64,000 nt of DNA from Candidatus Zixiibacteriota bacterium (lineage in GTDB: Bacteria > RBG-13-66-14 > B26-G2 > WVWN01), in assembly GCA_050117845.1 (NCBI GenBank), contig JASFLY010000003.1:1-64000 (forward strand), read 5' to 3'. Position 1 is the stretch's first letter. Each line of letters opens with the position of its first letter. The position numbers were made by a program, and so were the translations under genes. Shown here piece after piece: positions 9,269 through 17,681 of the stretch. The notes below the pieces were generated by a model. That model worked only from the letters and a program-made list of their open reading frames with translations, had not been told where the DNA came from and made no database searches.

Positions 9269-11407
9269 TTACCCGGCTACTTCGGCCTTAAATTTCGCCG
9301 GCAAGCCCTCCGCGGTAGGAACGGCCGGCGTGACGGCCCTCGGCGCTTTGTCGCTAAGATTCAGGATACACGCGCCGTTCCATTCGGCGCCGGGGCCCGG
9401 CGACTGGCCCGCCACCCAACCGCCCGAACCGGCGAACGTCACCTTCGCGCCGAGCGGCCCGAGGCGTCGCATCGCCTCCCGGGCCGAAAGGCCGACCACG
9501 TTCGGCATCGTCGGCTCGCCGCCCAACTTGACCCAGACGACGCTGCCCGAGGCCGGCGACGGGCCGGTGTCGGCGGAACTCCACAGCACGCGCGGGCCGG
9601 TCCCGTCGAAGCGGGCCCGGAGGCCGGCGGCGCTCAAACGCTTGACGGCGGTCGAGGCCGGCGCCTCGGCGAATATCACGTCGCCCGGCGGCCGGGGAGA
9701 CACTTCCGGCAAGTCCAGTTCGTCCGCTCCGGCGGGCGTTACCTTGAGCGCCGGGAGTATGTCCGCGGCGATGCGGGCGCAGGTCGGCGCCGCGACCACG
9801 CCCCCGAAATACTCGCCTCGCGGTTTTCGTATTGAAACGAAGACGACGGCCCGCGGTTCATCGGCGGGGAATACCCCCAGGAAAGAGGAGTTGTACGCCC
9901 CCGCGACGTAACCCTTTCCGTCGGAGCGGGCGATTTCGGAAGTCCCCGTCTTCCCGGCGACGCGATAGCCGGGAAGGCGCGCCAGCTTGCCGCCGCCCCG
10001 TTCGACGACGAGCTCCATCATCCTCCGCACCGCCGCCGCGTTCTCCGGGGACACGACCCGTCTCTCGACCTCGGGTTCGAAACGCCGAACCGTCTTGCCG
10101 TTCTCGTCGACGACGGCGGAGACGAGCATCGGTTTGACCAGCGTGCCGCCGTTCGCCAACGCGCACGCCGCCGTCGTTATCTGTATGGGCGTCGCCGAGA
10201 AGCCCTGGCCGAAGCTGGCGTACGCCCGGCCCAGCGGCCTCTTGAATTCGTCGTACCGCATTATTCCGGCGTTCTCGGCCGGCAGGTTGACGTCGGTGCG
10301 CTCGCCGAAACCGAACCTCTTAAGATACTCGTAATAGCGCCGGCCGCCGAGGCGACCCGATACGAGGACGACGCCGATGTTACTCGACTTCTCAATGACC
10401 TGCGATAACGTCAACGGCTCGGCGCTCGGTTTCACGTCCGAAATCCGGTATCGCCCCAGGTTGAGCGCGTGTGAACAATCGAAGATATCCCGCGTCGTGA
10501 CGACGCCTTCCTCCAGCGCCGCGGCCACGAGGAACGGCTTGATTATCGACCCCGGTTCGATGGCGCTCGTTACGGCGTTGTTCCGCCAACACTCGGGTTT
10601 GTAGCGGCCGTAGTCGTTCGGGTCGTACGACGGGTACGAGGCCATCGCGAGGATCTCCCCCGTAGCCGGGTCCATGACTACCACCGACCCCGCCTCGGCG
10701 TCGTACTCCCGGCAGGTGGCCGCCAGCTCGCGCTCGGCCACGTACTGGCACCACTTGTCTATCGTCAGGACGCAACCCAGGCCGTTCATGGGCGGGACGA
10801 AGTTGTGCGTCAGGTCCGGGAGGTTGCGGCCCGCCGCGTCGGCGCCGCCGTCGGAGAAACCCGGCAGGCCCTCCAGGTAAACGTCGAGGGTGCGTTCGGC
10901 CCCGGCGCGGGAACCGTCGCGCGCGCCGAGGTACCCGACGACGTGGCACGCGAGTTCCTTCTCCGGATACATGCGCCGCTCGCACGGCTCCGCGAATATT
11001 CCCCGCAGGCCCATGGCCAACGCTTCGGTCGCGGCGTCCCGGGGGACCTCCCGCGCCAGCCAGACGCTCTCGGCCTTCGATTCGCATTTGCGCTCCAGCT
11101 CCGCTTCGTCCACGCCGAGCACGGGAGAAAGCGTCCGCGCCACCGCCCGGCGGTCGGTAACCAGCCGGGGAATGCAGTAAACGTCGTAGACCGGTCGGCT
11201 CATCGCGAGCGGGTTCATGTCGCGGTCGTAAATCACGCCGCGGGCCGCCGGGAGGTAATCCCGGCCGTACTGCTGTTTGAAGGCCACCTCGGCGTAGAAG
11301 TCGTTCTGGATGACCTGCACCCAGACGAGGCGGACCAGCACCACGCCGAACACTGCGACGAAGAAAAGGTACAAACTGGCGAATCGTATTTTGCGGCCGG
11401 ATCTCAC
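9269..11407 (-). CDS. ftsI: Class B penicillin-binding protein FtsI with C-terminal PASTA-like region
   Basis: N-terminal TM, RGxIYDR, SxxK (GSIIK), SxN (SSN), KTG; MPNVVGLS PASTA-like repeat. Confidence 0.93.
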   Translation of the reverse strand: MRSGRKIRFASLYLFFVAVFGVVLVRLVWVQVIQNDFYAEVAFKQQYGRDYLPAARGVIYDRDMNPLAMSRPVYDVYCIPRLVTDRRAVARTLSPVLGVDEAELERKCESKAESVWLAREVPRDAATEALAMGLRGIFAEPCERRMYPEKELACHVVGYLGARDGSRAGAERTLDVYLEGLPGFSDGGADAAGRNLPDLTHNFVPPMNGLGCVLTIDKWCQYVAERELAATCREYDAEAGSVVVMDPATGEILAMASYPSYDPNDYGRYKPECWRNNAVTSAIEPGSIIKPFLVAAALEEGVVTTRDIFDCSHALNLGRYRISDVKPSAEPLTLSQVIEKSSNIGVVLVSGRLGGRRYYEYLKRFGFGERTDVNLPAENAGIMRYDEFKRPLGRAYASFGQGFSATPIQITTAACALANGGTLVKPMLVSAVVDENGKTVRRFEPEVERRVVSPENAAAVRRMMELVVERGGGKLARLPGYRVAGKTGTSEIARSDGKGYVAGAYNSSFLGVFPADEPRAVVFVSIRKPRGEYFGGVVAAPTCARIAADILPALKVTPAGADELDLPEVSPRPPGDVIFAEAPASTAVKRLSAAGLRARFDGTGPRVLWSSADTGPSPASGSVVWVKLGGEPTMPNVVGLSAREAMRRLGPLGAKVTFAGSGGWVAGQSPGPGAEWNGACILNLSDKAPRAVTPAVPTAEGLPAKFKAEVAG

Positions 11408-11736
11408 TTGTCGTCCTCGACGATTACGATTTGTCCGGGCCGGGGGGGCGCGAGGCCCAGTTCCTTGTGGGCTATCTCGTCAATCTCGGCCATCGAGCGC
11501 CGCCGGTACAGGTCGGACTTCAGGGCCACTTTTTCCTGGTACGCCTCGTCCAGCTCGCGCTGGCGCCGCGTCACCTCGTAGTTGAGCTCGAGTATCGAAA
11601 CGTACTGCCACAGATACAGAAACGACAACCCGAGCGCCGCGGCCGTCGCCGCCACCGCCCATATAAACGGCTTGCGCCGCCGGCGGGGCTTGACCTTCAC
11701 GTCGATGGTGGGCGGGTTGTAAACTATCTCCGACAC
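11404..11736 (-). CDS. ftsL: Cell division protein FtsL
   Basis: Small TM plus coiled-coil protein (IDEIAHKELGL) between rsmH and ftsI. Confidence 0.85.
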   Translation of the reverse strand: MSEIVYNPPTIDVKVKPRRRRKPFIWAVAATAAALGLSFLYLWQYVSILELNYEVTRRQRELDEAYQEKVALKSDLYRRRSMAEIDEIAHKELGLAPPRPGQIVIVEDDK

Positions 11737-11737
11737 G

Positions 11738-12667
11738 TTATACCTTCTCGGCCACGCGCAGGCGAGCGCTGCGGCTGCGGGGGTTGTCCCGGACTTCCCG
11801 GGAACCGGGGCGAACCGGTTTCGAAGTAACGGCCCGCAGGCCGCCGGAGCCGCCCGCGCGGAAGTAGCGTTTCGTTATGCGGTCCTCGAGCGAGTGATAC
11901 GATATTACTAAAATACGTCCGCCGCCCGCGAGGAGGCTTTCGGCCACCGGCAACGCCTTCTCCAGCGAGGCGAGTTCGTCGTTAACGAAAATGCGCAAGG
12001 CCTGGAAGGTCCGCGTGGCCGGGTGGATCCGGCCGCGCCGGCCGCCCACCGCCCGGGCGACCACGGCCGCCAGGTCCGCGGCGTCCTCGAAAGGCCGCTC
12101 GGCCCGCCGGGCCACGATGGCCCGAGCCACCGCCCGCGAGCGCCGTTCCTCGCCGAACTCGTAAATGACGTCGGCCAGGCGCCCCTCGTCGAAGGTGTTC
12201 ACGACCTCCGCGGCCGTCAGCATCGTATCGTCGCCGTCGAAGCGCATGTTGAGCGGCCCGCCGGCCTTGAAGGAGAAGCCCCGTTCCCGGTCGGCGAGTT
12301 GGGCGCTGGAGAGGCCCAGGTCGAAAAGAACGTTCGTGACCTCACCCGCGTACGCCCCCGCCGCCTCGGCCATCCGAACGAACGACGTGCGCTCGAGCAA
12401 CACCCGTGAACCGTATTTTTTAAGACGAAGGCGCGCCCGATCGAGCGCGCCGCCGTCGGCATCGATTCCTATGTAAACGTTGTCGTTGGGTAAAACCTTC
12501 ATAAGCTCTTCGGCGTGGCCGCCGCCGTTCACCGTGGCGTCGACGAAAACTCCCGGGGACCTCCGAACTACCGCCGCCGCTATCTCTTCCACCAAGACGG
12601 GGACGTGCTCCGGGACGGCTTCGTCGTCGCCGACAGGCATCGCGGCGCTCCCCGGCGGCCGGTCCAC
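11738..12667 (-). CDS. rsmH: 16S rRNA m4C1402 methyltransferase RsmH (start GTG 12667 or ATG 12640)
   Basis: HVPVL, DATVNGGGH, DLGLSS, RGFSF, HPATRTFQALRI, SYHSLEDR, NPRSRSA. Confidence 0.95.
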   Translation of the reverse strand: MDRPPGSAAMPVGDDEAVPEHVPVLVEEIAAAVVRRSPGVFVDATVNGGGHAEELMKVLPNDNVYIGIDADGGALDRARLRLKKYGSRVLLERTSFVRMAEAAGAYAGEVTNVLFDLGLSSAQLADRERGFSFKAGGPLNMRFDGDDTMLTAAEVVNTFDEGRLADVIYEFGEERRSRAVARAIVARRAERPFEDAADLAAVVARAVGGRRGRIHPATRTFQALRIFVNDELASLEKALPVAESLLAGGGRILVISYHSLEDRITKRYFRAGGSGGLRAVTSKPVRPGSREVRDNPRSRSARLRVAEKV

Positions 12668-12669
12668 GA

Positions 12670-13170
12670 TCAGAACTTGATCCTGTATCGGGCCGCCATG
12701 TCCTCGAACGCGGCTTCGGCCTCGGCCTCGTACGCAAGCCACTGGTCGACGCCCCAGATTTCCACGCGGTTGTACATCCCGTTCACTATGGCTTCGCTGT
12801 CCAGGCCCGCGTAGTCGCGCAGCGGCCCCGGCACCATTACCCGTCCCTGTTTGTCCGGCTCGCAATCCCCCGCCCGGCTTAATAGCATACGCGTCACCAG
12901 CCGGGCCTCCCGTTCCATTATCGGAAGTTCCAAAAGCTGCGGCTCCACCACGGCCTGCCAGTACTCCGCCGGAAAAAGAAAAAGGCACTTCTCGAATCCG
13001 ACCGTGACCTTGTACCGCGCGATGACGTTCCCGGCGGCGTCACGGCGGAAGTTGGCCGGAACGCTAAGCCGGCCCTTCTCGTCGAGCGAGTGGCGATATT
13101 GGCCGTTAAACCCGAAGGCCCAGCGGCCCGGGTCGACGATACCGTCCAATCTGTCTTCGGAAGCCGACAT
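12670..13170 (-). CDS. mraZ: Transcriptional regulator MraZ
   Basis: Two DxKGR/DxQGR motifs and EIW; first gene of the dcw cluster. Confidence 0.95.
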   Translation of the reverse strand: MSASEDRLDGIVDPGRWAFGFNGQYRHSLDEKGRLSVPANFRRDAAGNVIARYKVTVGFEKCLFLFPAEYWQAVVEPQLLELPIMEREARLVTRMLLSRAGDCEPDKQGRVMVPGPLRDYAGLDSEAIVNGMYNRVEIWGVDQWLAYEAEAEAAFEDMAARYRIKF

Positions 13171-13207
13171 ATAAGTTATTATCTACGAGACCGTTTACTC
13201 ATTTTCA

Positions 13208-13231
13208 CCACATTTCACCACTATTCCCCAC
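13208..13231 (-). promoter_or_regulatory. MraZ binding repeats (three GTGG at 10-bp period)
   Basis: Minus strand reads GTGGGGAATA GTGGTGAAAT GTGG just downstream of the mraZ -10 box. Confidence 0.85.
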
Positions 13232-13238
13232 CACAGTC

Positions 13239-13267
13239 ATTAAATCAGAAAGGACCGTTCTTGTCAA
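13239..13267 (-). promoter_or_regulatory. Sigma70-type promoter of the dcw cluster
   Basis: TTGACA-17 bp-TTTAAT on the minus strand. Confidence 0.8.
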
Positions 13268-13408
13268 GTAAAAAATGGCCGATTTGTGTATTTTTTTTCG
13301 AGGCCGATAAACGCCGAAAACACGCGCGGAATATAGCATCCGGGGAAACGGCGCCCCGGGACCCGCCCCACGGGCGACGGCGGCCCCGGCAACTGCGACG
13401 AATCGTGG

Positions 13409-13437
13409 TTGACGGACACCCTCCGGCCGCGTATAAT
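13409..13437 (+). promoter_or_regulatory. Sigma70-type promoter of the GNAT gene
   Basis: TTGACG-17 bp-TATAAT. Confidence 0.8.
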
Positions 13438-13500
13438 CCGGTTAACCTAACCCACGAAATAACGACCCGGGGAAGGCCGGGCCGTTCGGAGGAGAGATAA

Positions 13501-14736
13501 ATGAAATTCCGCGATTACGACGTCGACAAGGACCAGGCCGCCGTCCGCCGTATGTGGCGGGAGGTCGGTTGGATAGAAGAAGACGAAAAAGACCAGCAGG
13601 GTTTGGACCACTTCATTGCCAGCGGCGCGGCCATCGTCGCCGACGTTGCAGGCGAGGCCGAGTGTATGGTTTGCACGGCGCCCGGGTCCGTCCGGTATCT
13701 CGACGAGGACCTTCCCTTCTCCTGCGTTACGGCCGTCACGACCAGCCATGTCGCCCGCAAGCAAGGTTTGGCCAAGAACCTGACCGCCGCGGCGGTGGCG
13801 GCGGGCGCCGCGGAGGGAGCGGTAATATCGGGCCTCGGCATGTTCGAACAGGGTTATTACGATCAACTCGGCTTCGGCACCGGGGGTTACGAGAACATTA
13901 TCAGTTTCGACCCGGCGCTGTTAACGGTCTCCGTAAAACCCGGCGTCCCTTGCCGGCTGAGCGTCGACGACTGGGAGGCGGTACACGCCAACCGCCTCGG
14001 CCGGTCGCGCGGCCACGGCGCTTGCAACCTGAGCGCGGCGGCGTTCACCAGGGCCCAGATGATCTGGACGAAGGGCGGGTTCGGCCTGGGTTATAAAAAC
14101 GAGGACGGCGAAGGCCTGAGCCACCACGCTTGGTTTTCGACGGAAGGGAGCGGCATCGGGCCGTACGGCGTTCAGTGGCTCGTATACCGCGACGCCGCGC
14201 AGTTCCTCGAACTTATGGCGCTTATAAAGAACCTGGGCGACCAGGTCCGCCTCGTGAAAACGCTGGAGCCGCCCGGCATCCAGCTGCAGGACCTCCTGCG
14301 GCAGCCGTTTCGAACCAGCTACGTAACCCGCCAATCCAAGTTCGAAAACGTTATGCGCGCGCTCGCTTTCTGGCAAATGCGGATCCTCGACCTGCCGGCT
14401 TGTCTGGCGCGGACGCACCTGGCCTGCGGCGACGTACGTTTCAATTTGGAATTGAGCGATCCCATAGAGGGCGTTTTGGACGACGACGCCCCGTGGCACG
14501 GCGTCGCCGGCGAATACGTCGTAACGCTCGGGCCGGCGTCGGGGGCGGAAGTCGGCCGGGACGACTCTCTGCCGACGCTGGTCGCTTCGGTCAACGCCTT
14601 CACGCGGATGTGGCTGGGCGTACTGCCCGCCACGAGCCTCGCTATAACCGACGAACTCGCGGGGCCGCCGGACCTCCTGGAAACGCTGGACGTCGTCCTG
14701 CGGCTCCCCGACCCGAAGCCGGACTGGGACTTCTAG
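13501..14736 (+). CDS. Eis-like GNAT acetyltransferase with SCP2-like C-terminal domain
   Basis: VTTSHVARKQGLA acetyl-CoA motif, YDQLGF, MRILDLP; about 410 aa ending in WDF; GGAGGAG SD. Confidence 0.75.
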   Translation: MKFRDYDVDKDQAAVRRMWREVGWIEEDEKDQQGLDHFIASGAAIVADVAGEAECMVCTAPGSVRYLDEDLPFSCVTAVTTSHVARKQGLAKNLTAAAVAAGAAEGAVISGLGMFEQGYYDQLGFGTGGYENIISFDPALLTVSVKPGVPCRLSVDDWEAVHANRLGRSRGHGACNLSAAAFTRAQMIWTKGGFGLGYKNEDGEGLSHHAWFSTEGSGIGPYGVQWLVYRDAAQFLELMALIKNLGDQVRLVKTLEPPGIQLQDLLRQPFRTSYVTRQSKFENVMRALAFWQMRILDLPACLARTHLACGDVRFNLELSDPIEGVLDDDAPWHGVAGEYVVTLGPASGAEVGRDDSLPTLVASVNAFTRMWLGVLPATSLAITDELAGPPDLLETLDVVLRLPDPKPDWDF

Positions 14737-14758
14737 CAGCGATATTTACCCCCCGTCC

Positions 14759-14787
14759 TTGACCTCGCGGGGAAATGCTGCTATACT
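14759..14787 (+). promoter_or_regulatory. Sigma70-type promoter of the NHL gene
   Basis: TTGACC-17 bp-TATACT. Confidence 0.75.
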
Positions 14788-14832
14788 TCTATAAAACTTA
14801 CTCCACGACGGTCAACGAGAGAGGTCAGAGAT

Positions 14833-15798
14833 TTGAAGCAGTTACTATCGCTGGTTATGGGAGGGGCCCTAATTGCGGGGCTTGCTTACGGAGATTGGAT
14901 TTACGAGGGCAAATGGGGTTCGAACGGCACCGGGGACGGCCAATTCGATTTGCCTTGCGGGATCGCTCTCGCTTCGGGCGGCAACGTATACGTCGCCGAC
15001 CGCGATAACTACCGGATTCAATACTTCAATTCCGCCGGTTCGTTTCTCGGGAAATGGGGCTCGTCCGGGTCGGGCGACGGCCAGTTCAACCGGCCCGTAG
15101 GCCTCGACGTCGCCTCGGGCGGATACGTATACGTCGCCGACACGTATAACCACCGTATCCAGTACTTCTCGGCGACGGGTTCGTACCTCGGCAAATGGGG
15201 TGCGTACGGCTCCGGCAACGGCGAATTCCAGTATCCCAACAACGTCGCCGTCGCTCCGAACGGTACCGTTTACGTTAGCGACGACAACAACCATCGCATT
15301 CAATACTTCACCTCCACGGGCTCGTACCAGGGCAAGTGGGGTTCGAACGGCTCGGGCGACGGCCAATTCCGGTCCCCGTGCGACGCCGCGGTCGCTCCGA
15401 ACGGCAACGTCTACGTCGCCGACAGGGACAACAACCGCGTACAGTATTTCACCTCCGCCGGTTCGTTTCTCGGGAAGTGGGGCACGATGGGTACCGGCGA
15501 CGGCCAATTCAACGCCCCCCGGGGCGTCGCGGCCGCGCCGAACGGTTACGTCTACGTCGCCGACTCGAGTAACGACCGCTTCCAGTACTTCTCGGCCGCC
15601 GGGTCGTTTCTGGGGAAATGGGGTTCTTCGGGTTCCGGCAACGGCCAATTCGATATGCCGCACGGCGTTGCGGTTACGGCCGACGGGAACCGCGTTTACG
15701 CCTCCGACTTCGGCAATCATCGCGTCCAGTATTTCAATTGGGTTAACGTGACCGTCGTGCCGACCTCCCTCGGCCGGGTCAGATCGCTTTTTCGGTAA
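14833..15798 (+). CDS. Secreted six-bladed NHL-repeat beta-propeller with C-terminal SLGRVRSLFR tail
   Basis: Signal peptide followed by six ~47-aa repeats GKWGSxGxGDGQFxxPxxxAxxxxGxVYVADxxNxRIQYF. Confidence 0.9.
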   Translation: MKQLLSLVMGGALIAGLAYGDWIYEGKWGSNGTGDGQFDLPCGIALASGGNVYVADRDNYRIQYFNSAGSFLGKWGSSGSGDGQFNRPVGLDVASGGYVYVADTYNHRIQYFSATGSYLGKWGAYGSGNGEFQYPNNVAVAPNGTVYVSDDNNHRIQYFTSTGSYQGKWGSNGSGDGQFRSPCDAAVAPNGNVYVADRDNNRVQYFTSAGSFLGKWGTMGTGDGQFNAPRGVAAAPNGYVYVADSSNDRFQYFSAAGSFLGKWGSSGSGNGQFDMPHGVAVTADGNRVYASDFGNHRVQYFNWVNVTVVPTSLGRVRSLFR

Positions 15799-15820
15799 TA
15801 TTTATTGACGCCAAGGTGGA

Positions 15821-15849
15821 GCCGCCCGCTCGCGGGCGGCCCTTTTTTT
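15821..15849 (+). terminator. Rho-independent terminator
   Basis: GCCGCCCG-ctcg-CGGGCGGC hairpin followed by T7. Confidence 0.85.
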
Positions 15850-15951
15850 GCGGTATCCGCCGACGAGGCTTTTTCCCTCGACGCGCCCCCTTAATTCAAT
15901 TATATTAATACCCTAACGTAACCGGTTCGGAGGCGACGGAGCTAAAAAAAT

Positions 15952-16761
15952 ATGACGGATAATAGAAACTGTATAACCTCCATAACGCCCACGATATGCC
16001 ACCTGTTCGGCGTTACGCCGCCCGCGCTCTCGGCCGCGGGGCCGCTGGACGACGTCGTCCGCGGCGCCCGGGAATCGCTCGACGGCCGGCCCGTCGCACG
16101 ATGCCTTCTTTACGCGCCGGACGCGATAGGCCGAGACGTTTATTACGAAAACGGATGCTTCGAGGACGTACGCGAACGCGCCCCCCTCGAGGTCCCGCTG
16201 CGCTCCGTCTACCCGCCCAAGACGCCGGTCTGCTTCGCCTCCATGTTCACGGGCGCCGGCCCCGAGGGCCACGGCATCCGGAAGTACGAAAAGCCGGTAC
16301 TCGCGTGCGATACGCTCTTCGACGCCCTCGCCCGAGCCGGCAAGAGAGTCGCCATCGTGGCGGTCGCGAAGTCGAGCATCGACCGGATGTTTCTGGGACG
16401 ACCCGTCGATTACTATTCGGAGGATTACGACCCGGAGGTCAACGCCCGGGTGAAGGACCTCCTGGCCAGGGACGAGCACGACTTCATCCTGGCCTACCAT
16501 CAGGAATACGACGACCTCCTTCACGAGACGCGCCCGGACAGCCCGGCCGCCCGCCAGGCCGTAAACAACCACATTCGCAGTTTCGTCGAACTGGCGGACG
16601 CGGCCGCCGAACATTGGTCGGCCTATGACCGCGTTCTGACGTTCTCGCCGGACCACGGGGCCCACGTCGACCCGGCGACGGGCCGCGGCGACCACGGCGA
16701 CGACATCCCCGCCGACATGGAGGTCGTGCACCTCTTCGGCCTTCATCCCGGGGCGAGTTAA
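15952..16761 (+). CDS. Alkaline phosphatase superfamily protein (NPP/PglZ-like)
   Basis: DAIG, KTPVCFASMFTG (Thr nucleophile), DxxxH, PDHG and HG metal ligands; no signal peptide. Confidence 0.75.
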   Translation: MTDNRNCITSITPTICHLFGVTPPALSAAGPLDDVVRGARESLDGRPVARCLLYAPDAIGRDVYYENGCFEDVRERAPLEVPLRSVYPPKTPVCFASMFTGAGPEGHGIRKYEKPVLACDTLFDALARAGKRVAIVAVAKSSIDRMFLGRPVDYYSEDYDPEVNARVKDLLARDEHDFILAYHQEYDDLLHETRPDSPAARQAVNNHIRSFVELADAAAEHWSAYDRVLTFSPDHGAHVDPATGRGDHGDDIPADMEVVHLFGLHPGAS

Positions 16762-16775
16762 GAGGGGAAACACCC

Positions 16776-17681
16776 ATGCCCGGCATTTACATCGCGGCCG
16801 CCATTACTACGGTCTTCGCCGTCGGCGTCGTGGCGGGCGTATTCCTGGCCCGGCGGCCCAGGAAAGAATGGCGATTTCTCGCGCTCGCCGGCGTCCTTAC
16901 GGCGCCGCTCTCCCCCCTCGCCTTCCACCTCGTCCGCCTGCCCTTCGATAAAATCCTGCAAGGCTGGCTCGAGGCCGCGCCGGGGTTCTACCACTTCCTA
17001 ACGACCTTCTACGCCCCCCTCACCGAGGAGCCGGCGAAACTGTGGCCGCTGCTCATCCCGGCGTTCGCGCGCCGCGTCAACCGCGGCAACGCGGTCTGGG
17101 TCGCCGTCGCGCTCGGCCTGGGTTTCGGCGTGGGCGAGATTTGGATGCTCGCCGAACGGATAGCTATACACCCCGATTATGCGGACCTGCCCTTCTACTT
17201 GTTCACCGGTTTTTTGGGTGAACGCACCCTCGTCTGTATCATGCACGGCGCGTTCACCGCGGCGGCCCTCGTCCTACTCCGGCGGCGTTTCTTCGTCGGC
17301 GTCCTGGCCGCGATGGGCCTGCACTACGTCGGGAATTTCCCGATATACCTGGGGCAGCTCGACCCGCTGGGTTTCGGGAAAACGGCCTGGCAGGTAATAT
17401 TATCCATTTGGGTATTAATCTACTTCTTCGCCATGCTCGCGCTCCTGGCCCGCCTCGCCCACGGCGAATTCCGCCTGGGCCAATTCTGCTACGGCATGGC
17501 GAAATGCCCCGAGTGCGGCCATATTTACCCCCGGCCGCTGTGGGCCCTGAACCTGGGCAAGAAGAGGTACGAACGCTGTCCCGCCTGCAAAAAGTGGCAT
17601 ACGACCCGCGAATATCACATCCCGCCGGGCGGCGAGAAAGAGGAACCGGGAAACGCCGATGAGCCGAGACGCGACTCGTAA
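16776..17681 (+). CDS. PrsW/YhfC-like glutamic intramembrane protease with C-terminal Zn ribbon
   Basis: Multi-TM; EEPAK, GFGVGE, HGAFT, HYVGN; C-terminal CPEC...CPAC. Confidence 0.75.
   Translation: MPGIYIAAAITTVFAVGVVAGVFLARRPRKEWRFLALAGVLTAPLSPLAFHLVRLPFDKILQGWLEAAPGFYHFLTTFYAPLTEEPAKLWPLLIPAFARRVNRGNAVWVAVALGLGFGVGEIWMLAERIAIHPDYADLPFYLFTGFLGERTLVCIMHGAFTAAALVLLRRRFFVGVLAAMGLHYVGNFPIYLGQLDPLGFGKTAWQVILSIWVLIYFFAMLALLARLAHGEFRLGQFCYGMAKCPECGHIYPRPLWALNLGKKRYERCPACKKWHTTREYHIPPGGEKEEPGNADEPRRDS

Noticed and set aside
12668..12988. N-terminal extension of the rsmH ORF
   Set aside because: Overlaps mraZ in another frame; RsmH homology begins at HVPVL.
14908..15740. Periodic DNA repeats as a CRISPR array or DGR
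   Set aside because: They are in-frame coding NHL blades with a 141-bp period; there are no unique spacers, cas genes or reverse transcriptase.
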